A DNA stretch of 64,000 nt, taken from Candidatus Moraniibacteriota bacterium (lineage in GTDB: Bacteria; Patescibacteriota; Minisyncoccia; Moranbacterales; UBA1568). The position numbers and the translations under genes were made by a program. Below, piece after piece: positions 54,543-64,000 of this stretch. Location: the NCBI GenBank assembly GCA_963743885.1, contig CAVURJ010000002.1, forward strand, positions 177,706 to 241,705, read 5' to 3'. The notes below the pieces were generated by a model, which saw only the letters and a program-made list of their open reading frames with translations, was not told where the DNA came from and searched no databases. The number at the start of each line of letters is the position of its first letter. Within the stretch, counting starts at the first letter, position 1.

Positions 54543-55974
54543 TCGTCGTACAACCAAGGGATCGGTGCTGGTATATGGGCTCGTTATCATGACGGTCGTC
54601 TCTATCGTGTTTACGGGCATCATTACGGTCATCTATGGCCAGGTGAAGTATGCGCTTCAGGTGCACGCGCGTGAGCAGGCGTTCCAGATTGCTGAGAGCG
54701 GCATCCATTTCTACCGTTGGTACTTGGCGCATCAGGTGGAGGGCCGTACGGCGCAGCAGGTGGAGGATTTCTGGACGGGCGGTACGGCATATGGCGTCAA
54801 TGCGGATTATGAGGCGGCATATGTCGATGAGAGCGGATCGATCGGCGGGTATAGGTTGCATGTCGATCCTCCGGAAGATGGTTCGACGAGTGTGACAGTG
54901 ACATCGACCGGATGGACGACCCGCTATCCCGAGATAACCCGTACGATCGTGGTTCGTTTCCGTAAGCCGGTGTGGAGTGAGGATATCGTGCTTGCCAATG
55001 ATAATATACGCTTCGGCGAAGGGACTGAAGTCTATGGTAAGATCCATTCGAATTTCGGTATTCGTTTCGATGGCGTGGCGCATAATACGGTGACGAGCGC
55101 GCTCTCATCGTATGATGATCCGGATCACAACGACCATACGGCTGAATTCGGCGTGCATACGCATGTCAATGTGCCGCCAGTGACTGGTGTGAGCGGCACG
55201 TTGCGTACTGCTGAGGCGCCGCCGAATATCGTGCCGGACCGATCCGATGTTTTTGAGGCTGGCCGATCATTCCCGGTGCCGACGGCGGATTTTAACGGTG
55301 TGCTTGGCGATCTCGCCTATATGAAGAGTATTGCGCAGGCCGGAACCGGCGGGAGCCGCTATTTCGATAACGCCAACCAGGGACGACATATCATCTTGAA
55401 GACGAATGATACGTATGATATCCGGACAGTGCGTAGTTTCAACTCATCGACCAATGAAATTGGCAGTTATCAGGGCGGTTGGTCGACCTATACCATCCCT
55501 GATGACGGGGTCATCTTTGTCGAAAACAATGTTTGGCTTGAGGGAGCGATAAACGGCAAGCGTGTGACGGTCGTGGCAGCCAATCTCTTGTCATCCTCAT
55601 TGAAGAGTATGCATATCGGCAAGGATATCCGTTATACGAATTATGATTGCACTGATATCCTTGGTATCATTGGCCAGAACGACGTAGAAATTTATCGTGG
55701 TAGCGAGACTGATCTCCGTATTGACGGGGCACTTCTTGCTCAGACTGGACGGGTTGGCCGGGATAATTATGGCACATCAGACCATAAGAACGTCATTACG
55801 GTTTATGGGGCGATAGCAACGAATCAGCGGTATGGCTTTGCTTGGACGGATGGAACGATCAGTTGGGGTTATACGGATCGCAATCTTTATTATGACAACA
55901 ACCTCCTCTATTGTCCGCCGCCGTATTTCCCGTCGGGGACGCAGTATGAGATGGATCTGTGGGAAGAACGTTAG
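54529..55974 (+). CDS. pilus-associated hypothetical protein (PilX-like N-terminal hydrophobic segment)
   Basis: RRTTKGSVLVYGLVIMTVVSIVFTGI N-terminal segment, then a 450-aa Gly/Thr/Asn-rich body. Overlaps the previous pilin gene by 14 bp. Confidence 0.48.
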   Translation: MSMNNRRTTKGSVLVYGLVIMTVVSIVFTGIITVIYGQVKYALQVHAREQAFQIAESGIHFYRWYLAHQVEGRTAQQVEDFWTGGTAYGVNADYEAAYVDESGSIGGYRLHVDPPEDGSTSVTVTSTGWTTRYPEITRTIVVRFRKPVWSEDIVLANDNIRFGEGTEVYGKIHSNFGIRFDGVAHNTVTSALSSYDDPDHNDHTAEFGVHTHVNVPPVTGVSGTLRTAEAPPNIVPDRSDVFEAGRSFPVPTADFNGVLGDLAYMKSIAQAGTGGSRYFDNANQGRHIILKTNDTYDIRTVRSFNSSTNEIGSYQGGWSTYTIPDDGVIFVENNVWLEGAINGKRVTVVAANLLSSSLKSMHIGKDIRYTNYDCTDILGIIGQNDVEIYRGSETDLRIDGALLAQTGRVGRDNYGTSDHKNVITVYGAIATNQRYGFAWTDGTISWGYTDRNLYYDNNLLYCPPPYFPSGTQYEMDLWEER

Positions 55975-55979
55975 AGCAG

Positions 55980-56007
55980 GGTATAGGGGTTAGGAGATAG
56001 GCTATAG
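55980..56007. promoter_or_regulatory. phased heptamer array (4 x ggTATAG-like) after the stop of 54529..55974
   Basis: ggtatag gggttag gagatag gctatag. Confidence 0.55.
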
Positions 56008-56043
56008 AAAAACAAGAAAGTTTTTAGTTTGAAAGTCTGCCAT

Positions 56044-56085
56044 CTATACCCTATACCCCATAACCTATCACCTTCGCGCTATAGG
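56044..56085. promoter_or_regulatory. phased heptamer array (CTATAcc-like, 6 units with one degenerate), inverted partner, upstream of the pilM promoter
   Basis: ctatacc ctatacc ccataac ctatcac (cttcgcg) ctatagg, then tggtatgat (-10) at 56104. Confidence 0.55.
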
Positions 56086-56144
56086 TTCATACGCGGATTA
56101 TTGTGGTATGATATAGAAAATTAGAGACAAACAAAAAAGCGAAA

Positions 56145-57239
56145 ATGAGTATACTGCAGAAGAAAATTTTCGATCTCTTTCCGAGTTCGTTCGGGCTTGA
56201 TTTGTCCGACCTTTCGATTAAGGCGCTCTGGCTTGATCGTTCGGGCGATGGCGATATGGTTGCGAGCTATGGTTCGGTGCCGCTGCCGATCGGGAGTGTT
56301 GTCGATGGAGAGATCATGAATGCGGATGTGGTGCAGTCGGCTGTGCAGAATCTGCTCGCGAAGGCCGGTCCCAAGCGTCTCAAATCTCGAAAGGTGATCT
56401 GCTCGCTGCCTGAGACAAAGGCGTTCTTGCGTGTCATCTCGCTGCCGAAGATGGATGAGAGCGAGCTCTGCGAAGCGATCAAATGGGAGATCGAAGCCAA
56501 TATCCCACTTACGCTCGAGCAAGTGTATTATGATTGGGAGATCATGGATCTCGATCTTTCCCAAGAGAAGGGGAAGATGAGCGTGCTCGTCGTAGCGGTC
56601 GCGCGTGGTGTCGTCGATCAGTTCCAGGCGGTGCTTGAAGGTGCCGGCCTTGAGGTGGTCGGACTCGAGACGGAGTCTATTGCCCAGGCGCGGAGTCTCC
56701 TGCCGGAGAAGAATGAGAAGAGTACGACGCTCATCGTCGATATCGGTGATCGGCGGACCAGTTTCCTCGTATCGATCGGCAATACTCCGTGCTTCACGTC
56801 GAGCGTGCCGCTCTCATCGCAGATGATCACGGATGCCATCTCGAAATCGATGCACCTTTCGTTCGAGGAGGCCGAATCAGTCAAGATCAAGCACGGTTTG
56901 GGATCGCTTGCGCTCAAGAGCCCGGTGCTCAAGGCAGCACAGCCGGTCTTGGAGAATATGGCGGTCGAGATCGAGAAGTCTATCGATTTCTATTTGAATA
57001 ATTTGAAGTATTCCGCTTCGGTTGATTCCATCGTGCTCTGCGGCGGCGGTTCCAATATGCATGGGCTCCTGCCATGGATGTCGCGGCGGTTGGGCCGTCC
57101 GGTGGAGTCGGGAAATCCATGGGTCAATGTGCGTCTCGGCAAGAGGATTCCGCCCATCGATCGGGGGCATTCGGTGCAGTATTCGACAGCAATCGGTCTC
57201 GCTCTAAGAGGTTTGGACGAATATGAAGACTTTGCTTAA
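56145..57239 (+). CDS. pilM: type IV pilus assembly protein PilM
   Basis: Actin-like ATPase fold motifs (FGLDLSDLSIKALWL, LIVDIGDRRTSFLV, IVLCGGGSNMHGL). Confidence 0.88.
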   Translation: MSILQKKIFDLFPSSFGLDLSDLSIKALWLDRSGDGDMVASYGSVPLPIGSVVDGEIMNADVVQSAVQNLLAKAGPKRLKSRKVICSLPETKAFLRVISLPKMDESELCEAIKWEIEANIPLTLEQVYYDWEIMDLDLSQEKGKMSVLVVAVARGVVDQFQAVLEGAGLEVVGLETESIAQARSLLPEKNEKSTTLIVDIGDRRTSFLVSIGNTPCFTSSVPLSSQMITDAISKSMHLSFEEAESVKIKHGLGSLALKSPVLKAAQPVLENMAVEIEKSIDFYLNNLKYSASVDSIVLCGGGSNMHGLLPWMSRRLGRPVESGNPWVNVRLGKRIPPIDRGHSVQYSTAIGLALRGLDEYEDFA

Positions 57240-57786
57240 TTTGCTTCCGGAAGAGAAGAAAGAGATGATCCAGCGGAAGCTTCGGTTCCGCTTTTTCCTC
57301 TGGCAACTCTTCCTGATATTTGTGCTTGAGTGTTCTTATCTGGCCATTTTGGGTGGAATCTTTTTCATACTCGATTATCAGCTCAAGAGCTACCAGTCGA
57401 TAGATGATGGCATCGTATCGTCATCCTATCAGGAGAAGCAGCTCGCTGAGTATGAGCGGAAATTTCGTGAAGCGAATGAGCAGGCCGATACGGTCGGAAA
57501 GATCAGCGCGGCGCATATCTACTTCACGGGAGCATTCACGCTGCTTGATCGCATCCTTCCTGAAGGCATCGTTATCGAACGCATAGCCACCAAGGACTAT
57601 ACAGTGGTGCTTTCTGGCAAAGCCGTGAAGCGTGATGATCTGCTTGCGCTGGATGCGAGTCTCAAGAACGAAGGGGAGTGCGTCGAGAACGTGAATGTGC
57701 CGATATCGAACCTCTTTTCTCAGGAAGATATCGAGTTCCAGGTTGATTTTGCCATCAAGGAATCCTGTCTCCGCAATAGCCGCTGA
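57223..57786 (+). CDS. pilN: PilN-like pilus assembly protein
   Basis: NLLPEEKKE start, one TM helix and a periplasmic domain. Overlaps pilM by 17 bp, as in pilMNO operons. Confidence 0.68.
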   Translation: MKTLLNLLPEEKKEMIQRKLRFRFFLWQLFLIFVLECSYLAILGGIFFILDYQLKSYQSIDDGIVSSSYQEKQLAEYERKFREANEQADTVGKISAAHIYFTGAFTLLDRILPEGIVIERIATKDYTVVLSGKAVKRDDLLALDASLKNEGECVENVNVPISNLFSQEDIEFQVDFAIKESCLRNSR

Positions 57787-57791
57787 AGATT

Positions 57792-58544
57792 ATGAATCAG
57801 ATCATACCGAAGAAATATGTCTCGCATGCCGCTATGGCGGGTCTCATCGTGCTTATGGCGCTGATCGTTTGGCTCGGTGTGCTCCCGATGCGGCAGGCGA
57901 TATCGGGAAAGATGGATGATCTGCAGAAATTCTATGCGATCCGTGAGAACCGTGAGCGCCAAGTCGCGCGTTTGCCGGAGCTCGAAGCGCAATTCCAGGA
58001 GATAGTTGTGGGGGAAGACACGATACGTATCCTTCTCGATGAAGAGCATATCGTCGATTTCGTGAAGACGCTTGAAGGATTGGCTAGCGAGACGGGCGTG
58101 GAGATCGTCATCGAGGCCAAGGAAAGCAGCGCGATTATCGAGAAGAAGCCGGTAGTGAAGGCGTCGGCTGCCGAAAGTGAAGCTGCTGCTAGTAGTAAGA
58201 AGACGAAGTCGTCGGGCATTATAGATATGCTTCCGTATGATCGTTATCTCCATATCAATGTCGCCCTTAAGGGGGAGTATGCTGATATTGTTGATTTCCT
58301 TCATAAGATGGAGACATTACCGTTCGCTCTCGATGTAGTCGGTATTGATGTTCGTCTCAATGCCGATACAGGGGAGCGGAATACCACTGTTCCTGAGCCG
58401 GGGCGGAATCCGTTTATGATCGTTCCTTCTGGAGATTCTGTAGCAACGAGCAGCCAATCGGGAAGCAAGGAGCAATCATCCCAGAGTAGTGAGCAGCCGC
58501 CGCTTGAGGCTGATTTCGATACAGTCGTTTATATAAAGAAATAG
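57792..58544 (+). CDS. pilO: PilO-like pilus assembly protein
   Basis: One TM helix, a coiled coil and a C-terminal domain, in the position expected for PilO. Confidence 0.6.
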   Translation: MNQIIPKKYVSHAAMAGLIVLMALIVWLGVLPMRQAISGKMDDLQKFYAIRENRERQVARLPELEAQFQEIVVGEDTIRILLDEEHIVDFVKTLEGLASETGVEIVIEAKESSAIIEKKPVVKASAAESEAAASSKKTKSSGIIDMLPYDRYLHINVALKGEYADIVDFLHKMETLPFALDVVGIDVRLNADTGERNTTVPEPGRNPFMIVPSGDSVATSSQSGSKEQSSQSSEQPPLEADFDTVVYIKK

Positions 58545-58547
58545 GCT

Positions 58548-58892
58548 ATGGCACGGGAATTCTCTTTCGATCTGAAGCGCATGAAGAAGAGTCTCTCTTC
58601 CTGGCAGCCGCTCTTCGTATGGTATCGGCATTATAAGCTGCTGTTCTTCTTCTCGTTTCTGGTTGTGATTGGTTTCGGCGGATATGCCTGGTTTCAGGAT
58701 CTTTATGGGTATAGCTGGAATGATACGGAGAAGCGCGCGTTCCTCGATACGTATTCCAAAGAGACTACTTTCAAGGAGGTGAAGTATCGTGATGCTGTTG
58801 AGCGTCTGGAACAGCGTGCAGAGCAGCACAAGACCGATCCTTCCCTTTCCAAGGACATCTTTACTGGCAAGGAATTGTCTCAAGGCCGTTGA
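58548..58892 (+). CDS. membrane-anchored hypothetical protein (pilus operon tail)
   Basis: 114 aa with one TM helix (LLFFFSFLVVIGFGGYAWF). Confidence 0.42.
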   Translation: MAREFSFDLKRMKKSLSSWQPLFVWYRHYKLLFFFSFLVVIGFGGYAWFQDLYGYSWNDTEKRAFLDTYSKETTFKEVKYRDAVERLEQRAEQHKTDPSLSKDIFTGKELSQGR

Positions 58893-58927
58893 CGAGAGCG
58901 TGGCGGAATGATAGTGTTCTTTCTGTT

Positions 58928-60034
58928 ATGGCTGAAATCCGCTCACGTATAGACCGATTTCGGGAATTGTTTCCCGATGCCCCTACCTTCCGTCTCAAGC
59001 AGATGGAGGAAGCTTTGTTTTCTGATCGGTTCGGGGGATTTTCTGATATATCGAATATACCGCTTCCCATGCGCGAGACGGCAGGGAAGGAGTTGTCGTG
59101 GATGACGGTTTCCGCGGTCCGCGTGCTCGAGAGCGTGAACGGCGATACGTATAAAGCGGTCGTTGAGACGGCTGACCAGAAGCGCATCGAGACAGTGCTC
59201 ATGAAGAACGCTCGCGGACATTTCACGGTCTGTGTTTCATCGCAGGTCGGTTGTGCGATGGCGTGCACATTTTGTGCGACTGGGACGATGGGGCTGACTC
59301 GCAATCTGATCGCTGACGAGATCATCGATCAGTATCGATTTTGGAAGTATTTTCTGAAGGAGCGTCCTGAGCTGCCGCACCTGCCCGCATCGGCTACGCC
59401 GAAAGTGTTGCAGGCGGGGTACATCAGCAATATCGTCTTCATGGGCATGGGCGAGCCGCTCGCGAATTATGCGAATGTGAAAGAATCGATTCGCGCCATT
59501 CTCAAGTATACGGATATCGGACCGACGCGCATCACGGTATCGACGGTAGGGCTGCTTCCTATGCTCAGGCATCTGCTTTCCGATCCTGAGTGGCCGCCGG
59601 TGCGTCTGGCGGTATCACTCCATAGCGCCGATAGCGATACGCGCAAGCGCATGATGCCGAGCTCATTCGATGGTTTTCTTGATGACCTTGCAGCGTGGGC
59701 GGAGGAATATTTCAAACAGTTTGAGAGCAAGCGCCGCCATCTAACGTTCGAGTACGTGATGCTTGCTGGCGTCAATGATACAGCGATGCATGCCGAGGCG
59801 CTCATCCGCTTCGCCCGTCGGATCGGCAAGGTGCGCATCAATCTCATCCCGTACAACTTCACCCCTTCGACAAGCTCAGGACAGGCGGGAGTATATCGCG
59901 GTAGCCTGCCGGGAGACTTCGCTGGTTTTGAGAATAAGCTCCGCGATGCGGGCATCGATGCGACGCGCCGTCGCTCAATGGGCGATGATATCGCTGCTGC
60001 CTGCGGCCAGCTGGTGACAGAAAAGAATAAGTAA
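58928..60034 (+). CDS. rlmN: 23S rRNA (adenine2503-C2)-methyltransferase RlmN (radical SAM)
   Basis: CVSSQVGCAMACTFCATG CxxxCxxC motif, GMGEPLANY, and a C-terminal Cys. The ORF begins with TTG at 58889; the first ATG is 58928. Confidence 0.9.
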   Translation: MAEIRSRIDRFRELFPDAPTFRLKQMEEALFSDRFGGFSDISNIPLPMRETAGKELSWMTVSAVRVLESVNGDTYKAVVETADQKRIETVLMKNARGHFTVCVSSQVGCAMACTFCATGTMGLTRNLIADEIIDQYRFWKYFLKERPELPHLPASATPKVLQAGYISNIVFMGMGEPLANYANVKESIRAILKYTDIGPTRITVSTVGLLPMLRHLLSDPEWPPVRLAVSLHSADSDTRKRMMPSSFDGFLDDLAAWAEEYFKQFESKRRHLTFEYVMLAGVNDTAMHAEALIRFARRIGKVRINLIPYNFTPSTSSGQAGVYRGSLPGDFAGFENKLRDAGIDATRRRSMGDDIAAACGQLVTEKNK

Positions 60035-60070
60035 AGGTTTTCATCTCGAAATCCAAACATTTTCTCGAGA

Positions 60071-60096
60071 CATGAGATTTTGAACAGTTACTAAGG
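60071..60096. repeat. F1 solo terminal repeat (tgagattttgaacagttactaagg)
   Basis: Matches only the right TIR of copy 2 (tgagatttgagctagttactaagg). It directly abuts the ATG of the CapA gene. Confidence 0.55.
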
Positions 60097-60097
60097 C

Positions 60098-61087
60098 ATG
60101 ATATCTTGGAAGACCGCATCCGTACTTCTTTTTTCTGGGGCGATTGCTGCCGTTGCCGCAGGATTTGTATTTTCTGGTAGCAGCAAGCATGCATCTTTTA
60201 CTGCATCGAATATCCCGATTTCTTTTGCTCGACCAGAAGAAGTACCCGCAAAGGAAGAGCCGGCACCGCCCGTCAGCATCATCTTCGGCGGGGATATGAT
60301 GTTTGATCGGTACATCCGGACGACGATGCGACGTCATGGCGACGGGTTTCCACTCGCGCCACTCCAAGAGATATTTCAGGGCGCCGACCTTGTCGTTGCC
60401 AATCTCGAGGGACCAATCACGGAATCGGCATCGGTGAGCGAGACGAGTACTTTCGGGGCGCGTGAGAACTATGTCTTCACGTTTCCGCCCGTGACGGCGA
60501 AGCTCTTGAAAGACCATCATATCGATGCTGTGAGCCTCGGCAATAATCACATTCTTAATTTCAAGGAATCGGGAGTCGAGAGCACGAAGCAGTATCTCGC
60601 CGAGGCGGGAGTTGAGCAGTTCGGTTCGCCGCTTTCTGGGGATGGCCGTGTGCTAGTGCGGGATCTTGGTGGCCTGAAGGTAGCACTCGTGAATTATAAT
60701 CAGTTCGTCTTTCAGGGGAAGGAGAAGGTGTTTGAGGATATCGCGGAGGTACGCCAGGAGGTGGATATCGTCATTCTGTATGCTCACTGGGGGAAAGAAT
60801 ACGAGCCGGAAGAGCCCGCTACTGTCGATCTCGCACACCGGTTCATCGATGCCGGAGCAGACGCTATCATCGGAGCGCACCCACATATCGTAGAAGGGAA
60901 GGAGATGTATAAGGGGAGAGCGATCTACTATTCGCTCGGCAATCTCATCTTCGACCAGTATTTCGAGGAAGATACGATGCGCGGACTTCTTGTCAGGATG
61001 ACGATTGATCCAGAGACGAAAGCGCTCTTGTATGAGGATGTCTCAGTTGTCTTGAAGCGGACCGGGGAGACGGTGCTTTCAAGATAG
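60098..61087 (+). CDS. CapA-family (PGA_cap) metallophosphatase-fold protein
   Basis: IIFGGDMMFDR ... SLGNNHILNF ... ILYAHWGKEY ... GAHPHIVEG are CapA motifs. N-terminal TM helix. The start codon abuts a solo TIR of the F1 repeat family. Confidence 0.82.
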   Translation: MISWKTASVLLFSGAIAAVAAGFVFSGSSKHASFTASNIPISFARPEEVPAKEEPAPPVSIIFGGDMMFDRYIRTTMRRHGDGFPLAPLQEIFQGADLVVANLEGPITESASVSETSTFGARENYVFTFPPVTAKLLKDHHIDAVSLGNNHILNFKESGVESTKQYLAEAGVEQFGSPLSGDGRVLVRDLGGLKVALVNYNQFVFQGKEKVFEDIAEVRQEVDIVILYAHWGKEYEPEEPATVDLAHRFIDAGADAIIGAHPHIVEGKEMYKGRAIYYSLGNLIFDQYFEEDTMRGLLVRMTIDPETKALLYEDVSVVLKRTGETVLSR

Positions 61088-61127
61088 CTTTTTATGAATC
61101 TCCCGCGGGTATATGTTCGGGGATTTG

Positions 61128-61380
61128 TATACGTTGTTAAATTGCTTTTTCTCTCAGAATCCATTTTTCCATTCCGCGACATCCAGCGAACCTGCCTACC
61201 GGTAGGCGGGCATCCCTGACTCTCCGCCAGCTGGCGGACCGTCGAAACTGAGGAGCCACGCCCGACACGCTTGACGTGAGTCATGCGGGCAGGTGTCCGT
61301 TCTGAGAGCCGAAAACAGCGGCTGAACGGCTGGGCGGGAGGATATATTTTTGGAAACGAATGGAAAGAGGATTGGAGGGA
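61128..61380. repeat. diverged F2-like foldback copy
   Basis: ttttccattccgcg (like ttttcattccgtgg of F2), the shared core ccgttctgagagccgaaaac, and right-arm ggaatggaaagagg complementary-like to the left arm. Boundaries are approximate. Confidence 0.4.
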
Positions 61381-61427
61381 AGTAGTAAAGGAACGAAAGT
61401 TGCTTTCGGGGGATAATTCCGGTACCC

Positions 61428-62633
61428 TTGGAAAATATGCAGACCTATTATATCCATACTTTCGGCTGCCAGCAGAACACGGCCGATTCTGAGCGGATCG
61501 CGAGCCTCTATGAGTCCCGTGGTTTTGTGCGTGCGGAAGAGGCGGATGCAGCTGATGTACTCATCCTCAATACGTGCGTTATTCGTGACCGGGCGGAGGA
61601 AAAGGTATACGGCTTGGTACGGAGCATGGAACAGCGCTTCGCAGAGATAGGTAAATCTCTACCGCATATCGTCGTGACTGGCTGTCTGGTCGGTGCGGCG
61701 GCGCGCGTACCTGATGGCAAGATGATGAAGCGTCTCACGTCGCGTCTGCCGATGTCTGAGTTTTTGCCGATGGAAGAAGTCGGTTTCGAGTATCTTCCGA
61801 AACGCAGCGAATCTACCGGTCGACGGATGGCCTCGATCGTCATTTCGAACGGTTGCAATAATTACTGTGCCTACTGCATCGTGCCGTTCTCGCGCGGCAA
61901 GGAGATCTCGCGTCCGTTCGAGGATATCATCGAGGAGGCAAAGTGCGCGGCGGAGGAGGGGTATGATGAAGTGGTGCTTCTCGGTCAGAACGTCAATTCG
62001 TACGGAGCGGATTTTTTGCTGGAAAAAATCAAAGCTGATGAGAGGTATCGGTTGCCGGACGGGACGGAAGTAGATCTCATCATGGTGAAGCATCTCAATC
62101 GTCATCGCATCCCGACGCTTTTTCCGTATCTTCTTGAACGGGTCGCGAATATTTCTGGACTGAAGAAGATTTCTTTTCTCTCGGCGAATCCGTGGGATTT
62201 TTCGGATGAGCTGATCGAGGTGATAGCGCGGTATGAAAATATTGACCGGACGATCCATCTGCCAATCCAGGCGGGATCGGATGAGGTCCTGAAGCACATG
62301 AATCGCTGGTATACCGTAGATGAATACCTGGCGCTCATCGAGAGGATCAGATTGTGTGTACCGGACGCCGTATTTACGACCGATATCATCGTTGGATTCC
62401 CTGGCGAGACGCGCGAGCAGTTTGAGGAGACTGTCGCGCTCGTACAGCGTGTCGGTTTCGCCAAGACCTATATCGCCTGGTATTCGCCGCGGCCCGGTAC
62501 GGCAGCGACCAAAGGCTTGGTGGACGATGTGCCTATTGAGGAAAAGCAGCGCCGCTTCCGAGAATTAGATGAAGTGGCATTCAAGCCGAAAATGAGACAG
62601 AATAGTACCATTGACTCGGATGGTGTTTTGTAG
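61428..62633 (+). CDS. MiaB/RimO-family radical-SAM methylthiotransferase
   Basis: MTTase N-domain Cys residues (HTFGCQQN, LNTCVIRD, VVTGCLV), the radical SAM motif ISNGCNNYCAYC, and a TRAM-like C-terminus. Confidence 0.85.
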   Translation: MENMQTYYIHTFGCQQNTADSERIASLYESRGFVRAEEADAADVLILNTCVIRDRAEEKVYGLVRSMEQRFAEIGKSLPHIVVTGCLVGAAARVPDGKMMKRLTSRLPMSEFLPMEEVGFEYLPKRSESTGRRMASIVISNGCNNYCAYCIVPFSRGKEISRPFEDIIEEAKCAAEEGYDEVVLLGQNVNSYGADFLLEKIKADERYRLPDGTEVDLIMVKHLNRHRIPTLFPYLLERVANISGLKKISFLSANPWDFSDELIEVIARYENIDRTIHLPIQAGSDEVLKHMNRWYTVDEYLALIERIRLCVPDAVFTTDIIVGFPGETREQFEETVALVQRVGFAKTYIAWYSPRPGTAATKGLVDDVPIEEKQRRFRELDEVAFKPKMRQNSTIDSDGVL

Positions 62634-62639
62634 TATAAT

Positions 62640-62815
62640 AGATTCAGTTGTTTGAAAGCATTTTTTATTACCAAACGAAGCGAGTGAAACGAAAGTACAC
62701 TTTCGTTTTCGAGCGAGTGCAGGTAAAATCGGGTTAAATACTCTCCGCCTCTGGCGGAGAGGGATTAGGTCTAGGGCTTGCCCTGGGGTGAATACCCGTT
62801 GTCGAAGTTTTTCTC
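62640..62815. repeat. mosaic palindromic cluster, copy 2 (inverted relative to copy 1)
   Basis: ttttttattaccaaacgaagcgag-[hairpin]-gtgcaggtaaaatcgggtt ... ccagggcttgccctggggt(g/a)aatacccgtt is shared with the reverse complement of 43919-44165. The central hairpins differ (tccgcctctggcgga here). Confidence 0.6.
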
Positions 62816-62833
62816 TGAAATCGGAAAGGGGGA

Positions 62834-63130
62834 ATGGTCATGATGCAAAGAATGCTTGATGTACCGGAATCCAACGTTTCGGAATCGGAAGATCTCGATA
62901 GTGGTTTTAGCGGGCAAGATCATTTGATCATTGCGCTTGTCCTGTTGCTGGTAGCGGCTTTCTGGGTGGCGCTGGTCCTTGCTCCGAAGTATGTTCTTAT
63001 GATGTTGGTCGCCGGTTTTTCTTGTCTCATTTTTGTCCTGCTGGTGGGGGACAATATCGAGACCTGGAAGGTTACGCGATTCGATCCGCTGCTTCGCCTC
63101 AATGTCTGGGGCTGCCAGAGGAAGGAGTAA
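62834..63130 (+). CDS. small membrane protein
   Basis: 98 aa, two TM helices, SD aagggggaatggtcATG. Confidence 0.42.
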   Translation: MVMMQRMLDVPESNVSESEDLDSGFSGQDHLIIALVLLLVAAFWVALVLAPKYVLMMLVAGFSCLIFVLLVGDNIETWKVTRFDPLLRLNVWGCQRKE

Positions 63131-63233
63131 GAGTGGCCGCTTGCGAAGAATGTTTCGCAGGCGGCCCTTTCTGTTTTTTTGGAGAAAATGCTAGTATGGA
63201 GGCGGTTTCACATCTCAATATCTATGTCGGTTG

Positions 63234-64000
63234 AATTTCTCTCAATCATTTCTTGGAACGTGAACGGTATCCGTGCGGTGCACCGGAAGGGCCTGTTCGT
63301 GCCGTTTGTCGAGCAGTACCAGCCGGACATCCTCTGTCTCCAAGAGACCAAGGCATATGAACACCAGTCCGAAGTCGATCTGCCGGAGTATGAGGAATAT
63401 TGGCATTCGGCGGAGAAGAAAGGGTACTCGGGGACGGCAATCTTTACGAAGGAGAAACCGCTCTCGGTCGTGAACGGTTTTCCAGCATCTATCGTCAAGC
63501 AGTTCGGTCTCGGCCCGGACGGCTATGGTGATCCGACGAGCGAGGGTCGCGTGATCGCGGCGGAATATGATGACTTCTTCATCGTGACGGTCTATACACC
63601 CAATGCCAAGGATGACCTTTCACGTCTCGGTCTCCGGCACAAGCATTGGGATCCGGCGTTTCTCGCGTATTGCCAGGAGCTTGAGCAGAAGAAGCCGGTC
63701 ATCTTTTGCGGCGATCTCAATGTCGCGTACACTGAGGATGACCTCGCGAATCCAAAAGAGAACGTCGGGAAGCACGGCTTCACGGATGAGGAGCGCGCAG
63801 GATTCCAGCGGTTCGTCGATGCCGGTTTCGTTGATACGTTTCGTGTGTCCCACAAGGGGAATGGACACTACAGCTGGTGGTCGCACTGGGCCAATGCCCG
63901 GGCGCGCAATATCGGCTGGCGCATCGACTATGTCCTCGTGAGCGCCGCGCTCAAGGATCGGGTGAAGGAAGCATTCATTCTTCCTGAAGTATTAGGGTCG
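63234..64000 (+). CDS. xth: exodeoxyribonuclease III (Xth), 3-prime partial
   Basis: Manual translation from ATG 63234 gives MSVEFLSIISWNVNGIRAV ... PDILCLQETK ... GDLNVA ... SWWS ... IDYVLVS. No stop before the window end, hence absent from the ORF track. Confidence 0.88.

Noticed and set aside
1-64000. tRNA or rRNA genes
   Set aside because: No T-arm GGTTCGAATCC-like motifs with matching acceptor stems were found in any intergenic region, and no rRNA-like conserved blocks.

Overview
This is a 64-kb chromosomal window of about 56% GC, densely packed with short genes; roughly 70 of about 77 are on the + strand. The gene content (a type IV pilus cluster with pilC, three pilin-like genes, pilM/pilN/pilO and no pilus ATPase; many small DUF-type membrane proteins; leaderless and extended -10 (TGnTATAAT/TATACT) promoters; almost no metabolism) points, as an inference only, to a small-genome, possibly Patescibacteria/CPR-like bacterium. 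DNA repair genes are over-represented: uvrB, two uvrA paralogs (one lacking the insertion domain), uvrC, an MGMT-domain protein, an AlkD-like glycosylase, xth (3-prime partial), a PIF1-family helicase and a Mu Gam-like protein. The window is unusually rich in non-coding repeats. There are three families of roughly 190-bp foldback/TIR elements, and a family of about 50-nt hairpins with compensatory stem changes. There are 34-bp perfect palindromes flanking a wHTH regulator gene, and two mosaic palindromic clusters. Most striking are arrays of AT-rich heptamers (core GTAT/ATAC) phased every 7 bp, sitting just after stop codons and just before the next start codon. uvrC carries in-frame palindromic and tandem-repeat insertions (a 66-bp palindrome, a 28-bp x2 repeat, a 7-bp x3 repeat) that could make it frameshift-prone. 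No rRNA, tRNA or CRISPR array was seen. Coordinates of repeats are accurate to about +/-2 bp.
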